Shown here: positions 25,101 through 38,060 of the stretch, piece by piece
Numbering within the stretch: the first letter of the stretch is position 1
Layout: the number at the start of each line of letters is the position of its first letter
DNA from: Amoebophrya sp. A120
Lineage: Eukaryota; Protista; Dinoflagellata
NCBI GenBank assembly: GCA_905178155.1
Contig: CAJINV010000004.1
Location: forward strand, 1,518,784 to 1,582,783
Direction: 5' to 3'
DNA length: 64,000 nucleotides
The notes under the pieces: generated by a model
What the model saw: only the letters and a program-made list of their open reading frames with translations
Databases searched by the model: none
What the model was told of the DNA's origin: nothing
Program-made: the position numbers and the translations under genes

Positions 25101-28100
25101 GTGGGTTTGATTTCGCAAACGCAACCCAGTTCGTCTCCCAGCACAAATATCACCGAAAAGCTTCTTGAGGCGCGCTGCTACCTGTGGCTCTGCCTCCCTC
25201 CGGCAGGGGTTTAGTTCACACGTTGAGCTGGAGGTTGCTCAATATCCGCACACCAGCACCGCAACCCTCCATTTAACTCCGAGATGTTTGCAGTTGATAA
25301 GCATGTTCCGGTGTAGATGAACAGTCCGTTTGCGGAGCTGGTGAGTCGCTCATCATGGTGCACCCCTGGGATTTCGGCGCTGTCTACAAGAGTTTTGTCG
25401 ATTGCAGTGTGGAGGAAGATATTCGCTTGACGCTGTGCAATGCGAACCCCAGCAAGCCCTACACCTACACGACGGCCTCGCCCTACGGCAAATTGGTCGG
25501 ATGCAGCAGCGCTGCAATCGACTCGCTGTGCAGGGCGGACAAGTGCTGCATGAGTAGTGCAGGCGACGACACTACAACATGTTCCAATTTCTGTGCCGGG
25601 CTGACTGGTTTCAGTAACTCGGAAGCGGACCATGCCGACATGATTTGCAAGGACCGGTACGGAGGTTGGTGCAGTGTCCAGAATTGCCGGTGCGAATGTG
25701 ACACTAGTGCGGGATTATACAAGGTGAAAGATGGAGGGTATTCCGTCGATCCGCATCCGCGACTCGCTACGGACTGCGAGGCGGTAGTACAAACTTGTGC
25801 AACTCAGGTTGCAGATAATTTGTGTACTAGTAAGAATTATCTGCGGAAAGATAACCCGGAGTTGATCAAGTGTGCTGAAGACGCGTGCACTGAACGGGAG
25901 TGTTGCAAACCGACCTGCACAAACAACCAAGTGGTGGACGGCGGTGATCCAGATTTGGCTCTGTATGACTGCACGAGCGCCAATAAGGTTGCGAAGTATC
26001 TCAATGGGGATCTGATGGCCTGCACCAACATCGACGACAGCACTCATTCCTGTGTTGCTAACAATCCGACGAATAATAACCTTTGCTGCATGGAACAAAC
26101 CTGTGATTCGCATACTATTCGAGTCGACGGGACCACTCTCACTTATGACGATTTCCCGTGTCCGATTCATCCAATAGCTACATCACTGAAGACGGCCACC
26201 CCGCCGCCGATCACCTGCGCTTCCGCTAACGGTGGTTGCGACGCCGCGACCTTCTGCGACGGACCGACTGTCTGCAGCGATCACGAATGTACTAGCGTCG
26301 GCAAAGTTGTTTCGCAAGGAAGCTGGGACAAGAATTGCGCGCTCGCAGATGCAGCTGGTACAAATCAAGACTGCGAAACAACCTGCTGCACTTCCACCAC
26401 GTGTGCAAGCGACGCCAGCCTCTGCGATGCGCAAGGTTTCGACTTGTACCCCCGGGAAGACGCCGCCAGCATCGGCTGCGACGATGGCGTATCCACTGCA
26501 AATGGAAATCAGTCCTCTGGAGGGTCTAGAATAAAGTTCTGAGGCTGGTAGGTTGGAGAAGCAATCTTCACGACGAGGACGCCTTCATTGACGGACAAGC
26601 ATGACAAATAAATTTTTGAGGTGCTAGGCGTCGGCCAATCTGCATGACGAAAAGCGGTTCATCTGCATGACAGAAACGCGCGGCGTGTCGGTAACGTGCC
26701 TGAAGACAGCCTTGATGAGATTTGCGCCCCTTACATTCTTTCCCCAGACCCTGAAATATTTGCAATCCATATCACGGGTGCACACGGGCTTTGTGCTGCC
26801 GTGGGGCTTACTGCGGGGCGTGCCCACACGGCTTCGAGGGGGCGTGCACAAGTGACCTGATCGGCTTGCCCAACTGCCAGAGTTGTTACGATGGCTATCA
26901 TAGAGTCGCGACCCCAGGACATGCAGGCTCATACAGCTGCCACCCGAACGTGTGCCTTTGTAGCTATGGCACCCCCGACACCGGCACCGACTGCGTGACT
27001 GATTCGGTTCTTACGAGCTGCAAGCTAGGCAGTTGCTACGCCGGTTACAACATGGTGATTAATGCGAACAATCGGCGCGAATGTGTTCCGAACGAACTGT
27101 GCAAGAACGGTTTTGACGCGGAGTCCGAAGTATCAAATGCAAGAAATATGTTGTTCGGGTCTGGAAGACTGCAGAAAATGTATGTCATGCATCTTCTGGA
27201 ACACAAGATGGATGAGCTGGAATTCGGCATGAGAAACTCGCAGCTCTTTACGTACCAAGAAGTGGTCAGCTTTAGCCCCCCCAGAGTCTGCATCACTTCA
27301 GAGGACCCACACATATTTGCAATGCATACGAAGTGCAGTGTCCGGCGGGCACGTCAGTCGTGGCGGGCCCCGCGGCCGAGCTGTTGCGGTGCACTGCAGC
27401 AGTGTGCACCCGTATGACAGTGCACAACCCCCCCTGCCCCTCATTGGTCATGCACATTGCCAAATCCAGTTGCTGTCTTCGCCTTGTGGCACTGTTTGCA
27501 TGACAGATTCTGAAAACCCAAAGAGTACTACACTCGGCGCATGAACTTGTCATGCACAACCTCCACGTGTGGTGCTTATGCTGGTGTTTCTATTGCTGTT
27601 CATCTTCATGCAATACAAATGAGGCGGAGGGAAAGTGCACTCTCATAGCCCTCGCCGACGATGCCGCTACCTGCTGTGTCAGCGATTTGACCACTTCCTG
27701 CGCCGTACCCTGAGTGAAAACTACGTCGCCACCCCAGACCAATAGGGTTGTAGTCTCCTCTGTTGAACCCCAGACCAATAGTGACTCCTCTGTTGAACCA
27801 ATAGGGTTGTAGTCTCGCGAGATCTTCTCGTGAATAAATTGTAAATTGTAAATTGTACTTCTCATGCACATTTGCATCTACAGGAACATGAAGATGAACA
27901 TTTGTACTTAAAATGCTCATTCCCATGAGAAGCGTTTCTAATCGTGTTTTGGCCTGTGTATTTCAAAAGGAGTGTAAAAAGGCGAAGCAGACGGCGATGG
28001 TTATGTGATGCGGCTCTCCCTGTCCTTGTGTTGCCGGGGTCCCATGAACTTTGCCTTGTGTTGCACAGGTTCTATTCTGGATTTGTCTTGCACAGGTCCC

Positions 28101-31100
28101 AAGAGCTTGACACTGGGGTGACGACGTTTTTGCACAGGATACGCCGCCGCGGCCGCTAAGGACGAAATCACCTGCCCGGATCTGAACGGTGCGGCGCGCG
28201 TCATCGACTTTTCGGCCGTGTGCGGCGGCGCCACCTGCACGCCTAGCGAGTGCTGCGTCACCGCGCCAATGTGCGCGACGCTGACCTGCCCCGACGCGAA
28301 GTCGCTGAGTCGCGGCGCGGACGTGAGTTGTGCGCGGGTATCGGGGTGTGAGGTTCCGGAATGCTGTATAAAAATGAAAAAATCCCCCCTCCCCATACTC
28401 AAAGTCGGAATTTGTGTAAAAGGATGATTTCTTCTGATCACAAATCCAGTTGTGATGCTGGTAGGGAAGGGATGCGGACTGTAGTTCTGCCTGGCACGGG
28501 CAAGCCTCCCTCTCCAGCATGATAGGAACCAACTGGATTGCCCAGAACAGCATGACAAACAAAGTGCCTGAAAATAGGCCGCGCGTGTGTCTTTTTGTCT
28601 TCCAGCAATACAAGTGTATCTCTGTACACAAGCACAACTCGCGCATCAGAATAAGTCTCCTTTTGATATTATGGGAAAAGGGGATTTTTCCTGACAATAT
28701 GCTGCGTGGTTGCCTCGGAGCCGTTCCGTTCGGTGACAACGTTGTCCATGGACCTGCCCGTATCCAGATGATGAAAAGTGCCCGTATCCCAGAAGTGGAG
28801 AAAATTTCTGATGCATAAGTTTTGCAAATGAAAAACTTTACTGGTCCAGAGTCGAGACTTTCGGAAGCATGTTTCTTCACATGACAAATGTTGTAGCCGC
28901 TAGGCTGCATGCAGAATTTGTGCTGCTGGAAGTTGATGCAGGATGCGGAGAGCGTTTCCATCGGGAACTTTTGGACATGCAAGTAGCGCCCTCCCTCTCT
29001 GGGATACGGGCGCTTTTCCCTTCGATAGCCCGCCGATGCGGACTACACGGACGAGGAGCTGTTGGACACACTGGGTCCCATATCCTGTGTAAAGACGTCC
29101 CCGCTTCATACCTGTCATGCAAATCTGCATGCCTAGGCCTACTTACTTCTACAAAAGAAAACAGTGCTGCTCATGCACAGCGGCCCCGTGAGAAGCAGTT
29201 TTCAGATGTGTTTTGGCATTTGTCATGCTAGAACCACAAGGACAATCTGCTGATCGATTGTCGATGTAGCTGCACTAGCTATTAAACACGACTACACTTC
29301 TACGAGCCGAATTTATTTGTTCTACGCAACATCACACAATAAACAAGCTTATGGGTAGTTTATTGTGCAGCTGCACCGTGTTCGTGAAGATCTTCTTGAC
29401 TTTGGGGCGGGGACGTTTTTGCTCAGAATACCTCAGCGTGAAAAGCGGCCTCGGTATCCCACGAAAAAAGTGTTACAGTTACACACTTGTAGTGAATTCA
29501 GCAACACAAATTTCTCTCCATGAGAGAGAAAACTTGTAATGCAGAAATCCTTCGAGAAAACTAAAACACCTATTAAACGAGGCTCCTATAATGCATATCC
29601 GGCATGACAGTACTTGTCTGTCTTGCTGGGCCTGCATAGACTATGTGTGTAACTGTAACACTTTTTTCTTGCGATACTCGAGCAGAGCATCCTTGCCGGC
29701 GCCCCGGCGGGTTCCGTGGTAGAGGTTGAGATCATTTCGATCACCTTCGAGAATTCCCGCCGCCGCACGCAGCTGGAAGACCCGCGCTCTGAACGCAGAG
29801 CGATGGAAGGCGCCATTGCGGGAGACGGAGATGCTGTTGAATCTGCGACCACGAAGCGGGAGAACACAAGGGACAAGCGCCGATATCAAACAAGAAAGTT
29901 CGTCACGATCACTCATGCGCATTTTTGCAATACAAAACTTTCGTTTTAGAAAAGTTTTCGGGTTGCGCCATAAAATTAATTAAATAAGTTTGAAGAATGA
30001 AACTAAATAGATTAGCTAAATACGAAAATAGATAGCCATAGACTATATATTGGTGCTTAGCATAGAGCATTGCTCATCATTATTATGATGAGCCGCGTGC
30101 TTCTTTCTTTTTGTCCTCCGTTGCGAAGACTTGGCCAGGTGATCACCTCCATCAGCGAAAGGCGGCCGCGCGTGATCGTCGTCCGCTGACGAAGATCACC
30201 GGGGTCGACAGTTTCGCGGCCGTTCCGTAGAATTGGCCAGGTGATCGCCATCAGCGAAAGACGTCCGCGATTGGTCGTCGTCAGCTGGAGACGATCAACA
30301 TGCTCGACAGTTTCGCGACCATTCCGGAGAATTGGCCAGGTGATCGCCATCAGCGAAAGACGTCCGCGATTGGTCGTCGTCAGCTGGAGACGATCAAGAT
30401 GGCCGACAGTTTCGCGATCATTCCGTAGAATTGGCCAGGTGATCACCATCAGCGAAAGACATCCGCGCCTGGTCGTCGTCAGCTGGAGACGATCATCATG
30501 GTCGACAGTTTCGCGACCATTCCGTAGAATTGGCCAGGTGATCACCATCAGCGAAAGACGTCCGCGCTTGGTCGTCGTCAGCTGGAGACGATCATCGGGG
30601 TCGGCAGTTTCGCGGCCGTTCCGTAGAATTGGCCAGGTGATCACCTCCATCAGCGAAAGACGTCCGCGATTGGGCGTCGTCAGCTGGAGATGATCATCGG
30701 GGTCGACAGTTTCGCGATCACTCCGTAGAATTGGCCAGGTGATCACCATCAGCGAAAGGCGTCCGCGACTGGTCGCCGTCAGCTGGAGACGATCATCACG
30801 GTCGACAGTTTCGCGACCATTTCGCAGAATTGGCCAGGTGATCACCATCAGCGAAAGACGTCCGCGATTGGTCGTCGTCAGTTGGCGACGATCATCATGG
30901 TCGACAGTTTCGCGACCATCCTGTAGAGCTGGGCAGGTGATCACCATCAGCGAAAGACGTCCGCGATTGGTCGTCGTCAGCTGGCGACGATCATCGGGGT
31001 CGACAGTTTCGCGATCATTCCGGAGAATTGGCCAGGTGATCACCATCAACGAAAGACGTCCGCGCCTGGTCGTCGTCAGCTTGCTGGCGACGATCATCAT

Positions 31101-34100
31101 GGTCGACAGTTTCGCGACAATTCCGTAGAACTGGCCAGGTGGTCGCCATCAGCGAAAGACGTCCGCGATTGGTCGTCGTCAGCTGGAGACGATCAGCATG
31201 GTCGACCGTTTCGCGACCATTCCGCAGAATTGGCCAGGTGATCCCCATCAGCGAAAGACGTTCGCGACTGGTCGTCGTCAGCTGGAGACGATCATCATGT
31301 TCGACAGTTTCGCGACAATTCCGTAGAATTGGCCAGGTGATCACCATCAGCGAAAGACGTCCGCGACTGGTCGTCGTCAGCTGGAGACGGTCATCGGGGT
31401 CGACAGTTTCGCGATCATTCCGTAGAATTGGCCAGGTGATCACCATCGGCGAAAGACGTTCGCGACTGGTCGTCGTCAGCTGGAGACGATCACCATGGTC
31501 GGCAGTTTCGCGACCATTCCGTAGAATTGGCCAGGTGATCACCATCAGCGAAAGACGCCCGCGATTGGTCGCCGTCAGCTGGAGACGATCATCGGGGACG
31601 ACAGTTTCGCGATCATTCCGTAGAATTGGCCAGGTGATCACCATCAGCGAAAGGCGCGCGCGAGTGCCGGCCGGGCCGGCGGGCTTGCGGCTGCGCGCTG
31701 GCTTCCTTCCCGGAAAAAGAAGGCCGCCGGGCGTTTCCGGGCCTCCTACGTCCGTAGAACGCCCGGAAACGGTGGCGGGCAGGCAGCGTCTGGCCGGGTG
31801 CGGGGGCTGCCCGCGAAATTGTCGCCCGGCGATTTTGCCGAAAAAGTTCGCCGCGACGAAGATCGCCGGGCGGGCTGCGCGCCAAAGTTCTAGGGGGCGG
31901 CTGCGAAACTGCCGCCCGGCAAAGATTGGCCCGGCTTTTTGTTCGGTCGGCCCCGCCTGTACTTGGCGCGCCCGGAAAAAGACGGCCGCCGGGCGTTTCC
32001 GGGCTCTCTACGCCCGTAGAACGCCCGGAAACGGCGAAACGCTGCCCGTCGCCCAGATTTGTTGCTGAATTCCTTGGGCGGCACGGAAGCGTCGCCGACA
32101 AGGCTCGCCGTGCCATCGGGGGCGCCCTGTGGTAAATTTCCCGCGCCAAAGGTTTTGCGGGCAATCTTGAGACGATGACGACCATGCCGGATCATCTTCA
32201 GCCGATGACGACCACGCCGGAGCATCTTCAGCTGATGACGACCATGCCGGACCGCCTTCAATGGATGAGGACCATGCCGGATCGTCTTCAGCTGATGCCG
32301 ACCATGCCGGATCCTCTTCGGCTGATGATGACCATGCCGGACCGGTTTGCATTTAATGGCGATCACCTGGCCAGTCATCAGTTTCTATTTGATGGCGATC
32401 ATCAATTTCATCACGTGACCCGAAAACATCTAAAAGTGATGAGTTGTTGCATTTAGTTTCATTCTTTTTAATTATTTAATTAATTTTATGGTGTGACCCG
32501 AAACTTTTTCTCACTCAAATTTTCTGTCATGCGTAAAAATGCATCACAGCCAAACTTCATAAGGGATTTCCCTAGTGTTTCTGCAATACAAGGAAAAGTT
32601 GTGACGCTAAAAAAATTTGTAATGCAAAACGTGCAAGCTAGCGACTGTGACAAACTTTTTTCTTTCCATAGCCGACGAGCGTCAGCTAGTACAACCACGT
32701 CTGATGTGCTTGTGGACTTCACTTATGGATTGCAAATATGTCTGGTTCTGGATAAGTGCAAGATTTGTTATATGCTTGTCTGGCATGCCTTTGGTGAATC
32801 TGAGCACTGTGATGCACAGGCACGAACAGCCCCTCTGGACTGCCATGCGAAAATGCCATCGATCTGCCATGCGGAATACGCAACACATTAGCAGCTCAAA
32901 AATTTGTCATCCGTGCGCTTGGTTGCCTAAACAGTATTCAAGGGTGCCCATCAATCGCACCGTTGCATTACAAGTTCCCCGTTCGTCCAGCAGCAGACAT
33001 GTTTGCAGTGGACTTCAGTGTCACGGGCGGACAGTCCGAGTCCGGGGAGGACCTTCCTGTCCAGTATCGTAAGGAAAGATCCCCCCACCCCATACCCCAG
33101 AGGAAATCTTGTGATGCAGATTTGTGCTCACAAATCAGTTCTTTTGACTTGCAGGAAGGCAACAGGTGGCGCAGAGGCTTCCGGCTCAGCAGTAGGCAAG
33201 CGATTTGGCATGCTCATGCTGCGGTGCCTAGACGAGGGTGCTTAGCCATTTGCGATGCTAGACAAATAGAATCAAACGCCCCTGCCCGGGCTAAAGATCA
33301 TCTGGCCGCAATGCCTTACTGCAAGACAGTGACAGAGCGCGCTTATTTGTGCACACACGACACACCCAGACCCAACATGAGAAACTTCGTTATGGTATGC
33401 TGGGGAGGGGGGATTCGTTTTCCTTTTGATACCAGGGAGCTGGTAACAAGCCTGGGCGCTGCCGATCTCCAGGCTGCGATTGGGGACGCAATCGAGGCGA
33501 ACGCAGCGACGCTGCCCGCAGGCGTGGGCGTGGCCGACGTGGTTAGCGCACCCGCGCCGCAGAGCGAGACCCGCACTCCCGCGTCGTATCAAATGTACTT
33601 GAAAATGTCTGGGTCTGGATGAGTCATGTTGTTTTTGCATGACACAGAAGGTCTGGCATGGAAGCTCTAGCATTACAGGTTTCGAGAAGTAGCTTCCGCA
33701 ATGCCGAATCCGCATGACAAATCCGCCACTTTGGTGACAGAAAGTGGGCAGCGCTTTCTACCCAGCATGCATGAGAGATTTTTCTGTGTTCTGAAATGCG
33801 CATCACAAGTTTGTATTCTTCCAAACCCAGACACTTTTGCATTTGATACGTCGGGCAACGCACCCAGTACCACGCGAACCACCGGCACGAATGCCGACGA
33901 AGACGAGGAAACCATCGTACTAATCTTTGTTCTCGTGGGCGCCGTTTTGCTCGTGACCTTCCTGTTCGCGATGGCGGTGTGGCGCCACAAGAAGCAGGAG
34001 GAGGCAACGCAGTACTGGGAAGCCTACAACCGCGACGGCTCGTGGGGAACCAAATCGGGGGGCAATGAAATGTGGAAAGGTAAAAAGAACTACCACGACG

Positions 34101-36186
34101 GGAAGAGCGTTGATGGGGGTGCAGCTCCTTGGGAACAGTTCGAGGTGGAAGACATATGAAATACAAATATGTCCTCTTGGTCTCGAAGCTTGGAACTTGT
34201 AATGCTGTCTTTGGATTCCAAAAAATTATGTATTGCATGACCAGCAACAGGAGTCCAGTTTGTGTTACGCGGAGAGGGAATTTCTTACGCGGGATAGGCA
34301 TAATTAGGAAGCCCTCTAATTCTAAAAATTTGCGATGCTAGATCATGCATTACAGGCATGCATGATCATACACAATCTGCAGGACAAACCTGACAATCTT
34401 CCAGACCGAGATGACATAGTTGCATTCGATAAGACACGCAAGGCTACAACAAGTACGAGCACGAGGCGGCGGACCGGTACTACGGGCATGTATCAAATGC
34501 AAATATGTCTGGGTCTGGAAGAATGCGCGACTTGTCATGCAGCTTTTCCGTGACCCATGAGGTCTGGAATGCAGGACCTAGCATGACAGATTCTGTGCGA
34601 TCTCTTTCATGGCTCTCCTGCATGAGAAACTCCCTCCCGACTTGGTCAAAACTGGACGACTTTTGGTAATCATGCAACACAGTTTTTTGTATGCTTCAGA
34701 TCTAGCATGACAAGTTGCATTCTTCCAGACCCAGACACTTTTACATTTGATAGCATGGCGGTGACGACCATTATGATGACACTGGAGCGAGCGACCCGTA
34801 CTACGCGAACAGCTACAATTACAAGAGAGCAACAGACCAACCCTATTCCACGGAAAATAAGTGCCCCCTCGTCCCCGGAGGTTGGATAGGTTTCTGGTGC
34901 ATAAGGTTTTTATCATCAAATGCGAAACTCTTTATCAATCTATGCATCAAAGGACTAGTATGTATGAATGTTTCTCCTGCAGTAGAGTCTAGTAGGCTTG
35001 TGTTGAAGCATCCCTTGCAGCACAACAGGCGCCGCTCTTGTTGGGCTCTTTTGATGCCATACGAGTTTTATTCGGCTATTCACAATAATTTTTAAAACTG
35101 TGACTCTGATTGATACAACATGCAAGAGGGAGCAGAGTGTTTCCACGGGGAAGCTTTGCAATTATGCGAATGCTTCCACGTTCCGGGGTCGTGGGGGCCG
35201 CGTTTTCAATATGATAAACCCGGCGGTTCGACGACGTTGGGGTCGCCCGAGAGCAAGAGAGAGTCGGGCAGTGGTAAAAGTTCGCAGAAGACCTACATTC
35301 TGCGAAACAAAGACGCGAGTTCGGATTTCGTACAGGTCGTGGTCGCGGACACACAGCGGGCGGTCAAGATCTTCAACGACGCCGTTGTGGACGGAGAGCC
35401 GGAGCAATTCGGCACAACGGCGGACGGGGATCCACGCATGAAGGCGAAGCTTCAGGAGGCCTGGAGCTACAGCGACCACAGCAGCTTGGCCGGGCGGACG
35501 GTGTTGGTCAAGTACAAACACGTGGTGGAGAGCGGCACCGTATCGAGTGCAAACATCTTCACTTCTGGGTCTGGAACAAGAATCAAACCGACACTGACAT
35601 GCAGAGTGTTGGCATCATCATCATCATCTGCGGGACGAGGGTATAGTAGTTTGACATGTTGCACGTACTAGAAGTAGAGCACGATATCCTTTTTGTTCTG
35701 TTCCATGCATAATTTATTGTCTGCACGTTGAGATGAAATAGAATTAGAAATTCAAATTACGCCTTTGTTCCCCTGGAGACGAAAACCGCACAGCTTTTGC
35801 TGACCGTGGATGCATTCTACAGTTGTATTTCGTCCTCCGATGTTCGTCCTCTTCCAGATTCCCATTGCCATTCCGCATCATCATCTTCCTTCCAGACCCA
35901 AATCGAAGATATTTGCAAGGCATAGACCAATCAGACGGTTCTGGTTACGCCGTCCCCCGCGCGCCCGAAGGTCCCCTCCGGTCCGGTTCTGGTGAAGGGA
36001 GCTACCAAGAGCAGTCCATCTTCTTTGCTGGGAGGTAAGAAGGGCGGGGGCAGCACTGCTAAAAGCATGCCATCGACGAAGGGCAGCCTCCTCGCCGGCG
36101 GGAAGATGGGCAAGGGCAGCGGTGCCGGGGGCAAAAGCCGCAGCGGTTCGGCGGGGGCAGCGGCCGCGCGGAAGGGATCTTACTAG
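22165..36186 (+). CDS. Cys-rich type-I membrane (surface) protein, paralog 2, 19 introners; alternative in-frame ATG at 22027
   Basis: Colinear with paralog 1; extra duplicated Cys module; TM IVLIFVLVGAVLLVTFLFAMAVW followed by RHKK; ends ..AAARKGSY*. Confidence 0.75.
22448..22766. mobile_element. Introner A
   Basis: Homologous to 10060; DR ATTGT/ATTAT. Confidence 0.8.
23413..24326. mobile_element. Long introner D with internal cargo
   Basis: TATCGTGAG..CTCCCCTGCCCATA...TATGGGAGGGGGGATTTTCCATTTTGATA; joins GP|ANFKCGND. Confidence 0.7.
24408..25299. mobile_element. Introner A with ~700-bp cargo
   Basis: Ends homologous to 22448-22766; joins EPL|CSGVDE. Confidence 0.75.
29455..29676. mobile_element. 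Introner C-like, paralog-2 specific
   Basis: TATCCCACGAAAAAAGTGTTACAGTTACAC...GTGTAACTGTAACACTTTTTTCTTGCGATA; DR CTCGG/CTCGA. Confidence 0.85.
30128..31653. repeat. 99-bp minisatellite, ~15 copies
   Basis: Unit AGAATTGGCCAGGTGATCACCATCAGCGAAAGACGTCCGCG...TTCCGT; 33-aa periodicity in the ORF track. Confidence 0.9.
32172..32342. repeat. 30-bp minisatellite, ~6 copies
   Basis: Unit GATGACGACCATGCCGGATCATCTTCAGCT. Confidence 0.85.
32724..33014. mobile_element. Degenerate introner A, paralog-2 specific
   Basis: DR TCACT/TCAGT; joins DFT|VTGGQ; empty site at ~16000. Confidence 0.7.
34155..34431. mobile_element. Introner A
   Basis: DR AGACA/AGACA. Confidence 0.8.
34491..34752. mobile_element. 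Introner A, reverse internal orientation
   Basis: Clean TIRs; DR GCATG/GCATG. Confidence 0.9.
34844..35216. mobile_element. Introner H-like
   Basis: DR AACCC/AACCC. Confidence 0.7.
35541..35924. mobile_element. Degenerate introner A
   Basis: DR CACCG/GACCA; joins GT|NQTVLVTP. Confidence 0.7.
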
Positions 36187-38060
36187 AAAACGAGACGCGC
36201 AGCTGGAAAAAATGGACCGAGAGCAGAACGAGCTGAAATGGGCTTGTTCCGCCGCCCGCCGCCCACAGGCTAGGAGGTTTTTTGCTTCAAAATAGTATAC
36301 ATGATAGTACATGATCTGATCTAGGTCTTCCACAAATTCGCATACACACAGCATTCCCCGAAGATTCAACATAGTAGTTCCACCCATTTTTTTGACATTG
36401 ATTTGTTTAGTTCGATCCCAGCACAATATCCCAACCGAAGACTACTCCGCATGAAAGAAAAACGAAAAAGAACCCCTCAGTAGAACGCTTCTCTGTTCGT
36501 GTAAGTAACTTCTTTGTTGTTCTCGACCATTTTTATATCACGTCTTCACAAGAAGAAGAACCAAGAATCTGATTACTTAATAAATAGGCAATATGTCGTG
36601 TCGTCGATTTAGGCGAGATACATCGATTTCCTTTTTGTTTCCCCAACATTTTCATATTCATTTCAAGACCTAGGCCTGCAAAAGGTTCGGTCCACGTTGC
36701 AGGGCCGGACAAGGCGAAGGCAACGGAGAAGTCGGCCCCACGCTAGCGAGCAAACCAAGCTTGCCTTGCTGTGCCACGGTGCTAGACCGACTAGTTGCAT
36801 CTTGTTCCACCTTTGATGTTCGTTCCACCCCGCTGTGGCACGATGAGGCCAAGTTTCTGAGGCCCCCACCCCGCCGCCCGGGGGTCTCGCACAGTGAAGT
36901 CGAAGAAAGGCGGAAAGGATCTGTTCTGAATTTGAAATCAAGAGGTTCTTCACGGTGAAGTTCCTCAAGTAGACTCCTCATTTTGAGCAGAAGTCTCGCG
37001 TACTACGCGAACACTGTAAGCTGTAAACTGTAAATATTGCTTCACAGGCGAGTGAAGATGATGACGCGACCCACAACCTACGACTGAGAGCGAAGCCAGC
37101 TACGGTGTGAAACTTCTATCCTACGACAAGTCATCAATGAGACGCGTCGGCGTTTATGTAGAAGTAGAAGGTCGGACTCAGGACGAGCCGCTTGAAAAGC
37201 CTAAGCCAACCTTTAGTAAATACATCTTGCGCGCGTTCCTTCTTTCCGGGCAAACCGACTTACGTATGTAAAAGAGATCCGCGTTTCAAAATGTAGTCGC
37301 GACCACAGGATCCTTGGAATCTAATTTGAGAACTTCGCGATAATTTTACTTTTAGTTTTAGCTTCGTATTTGTTTTCCTGAGGCGTTGCGGTTTGTGTCT
37401 GGCTGCTTTCTTCTTCACCAAAAAAATAAACCTTCGAGGACGATAGGAGGCATACCTTCGATAGCAGCTTTTCGGTTCGTCAGCTGCGGCCCGTCTGCTC
37501 CTCGACATGGATTTTTAAGAAGTGGTGCCAGCAGGGAGAGTAGTTTTAGTCTGTGTGTAGACAAAAAAAGCTCTCGTTGTTCCCCGAAGTAGTTCCTATC
37601 GAACATGCCGAATCGCTTCTCCGGGACCGTCGCCAAGTGGCTGAACCACAATACCATGCGTAAAAACGTTGTTCCCATCACCCCAAAGATGTCGTGCAAA
37701 GAATTCGTGGGTTTTGCGCTCGCGCCTAACAACGAGTCGCATGCATTGATTTTGCAGCTGCTCAAGGAGAAAATAGAGCCTCTAGTGGTGTTTCGAAGTT
37801 TAGTGTCATGCTAATATAGTAGTCAGGACGAGGACCACAAAGAGCTGGATTATTCGTGATGCTTCTGCCCTGGTTTAAGTAAACGCGATCTCCTCGCTGC
37901 AAATCCAGAAAGGCCTTTGTCACGCGCGTCTCGGAAGTATGCTTTTTGAGTTGTATAGCGGGTTTACCATGATATTGTCTGGACTATGGGGTGGGTAAGA
38001 ACAAGGTTTTCCTCATGATAAACAAAGGCATTGGCTTCATCCGCCCCGACGATGCAGACA

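Larger units (their letters stand above)
29948..32511. mobile_element. Foldback-like non-autonomous TIR element
   Basis: ~60-bp AT-rich TIRs (CCATAAAATTAATTAAATAA..AAGAATGAAACTAAAT and its reverse complement at ~32451-32511) enclosing inversely oriented tandem arrays. Confidence 0.7.
29884..32670. mobile_element. 2.8-kb introner carrying a nested TIR element, paralog-2 specific
   Basis: TATCAAACAAGAAAGTTCGTCAC...GTGACAAACTTTTTTCTTTCCATA; DR GCCGA/GCCGA; empty site at ~15950. Confidence 0.8.

Noticed and set aside
30128-31653. CRISPR array or 33-aa repeat protein (ORFs 30057-31100, 31015-31644)
   Set aside because: Contiguous tandem units without unique spacers and no cas genes; a frameshift near 31080 breaks the ORF and the array lies inside an intron
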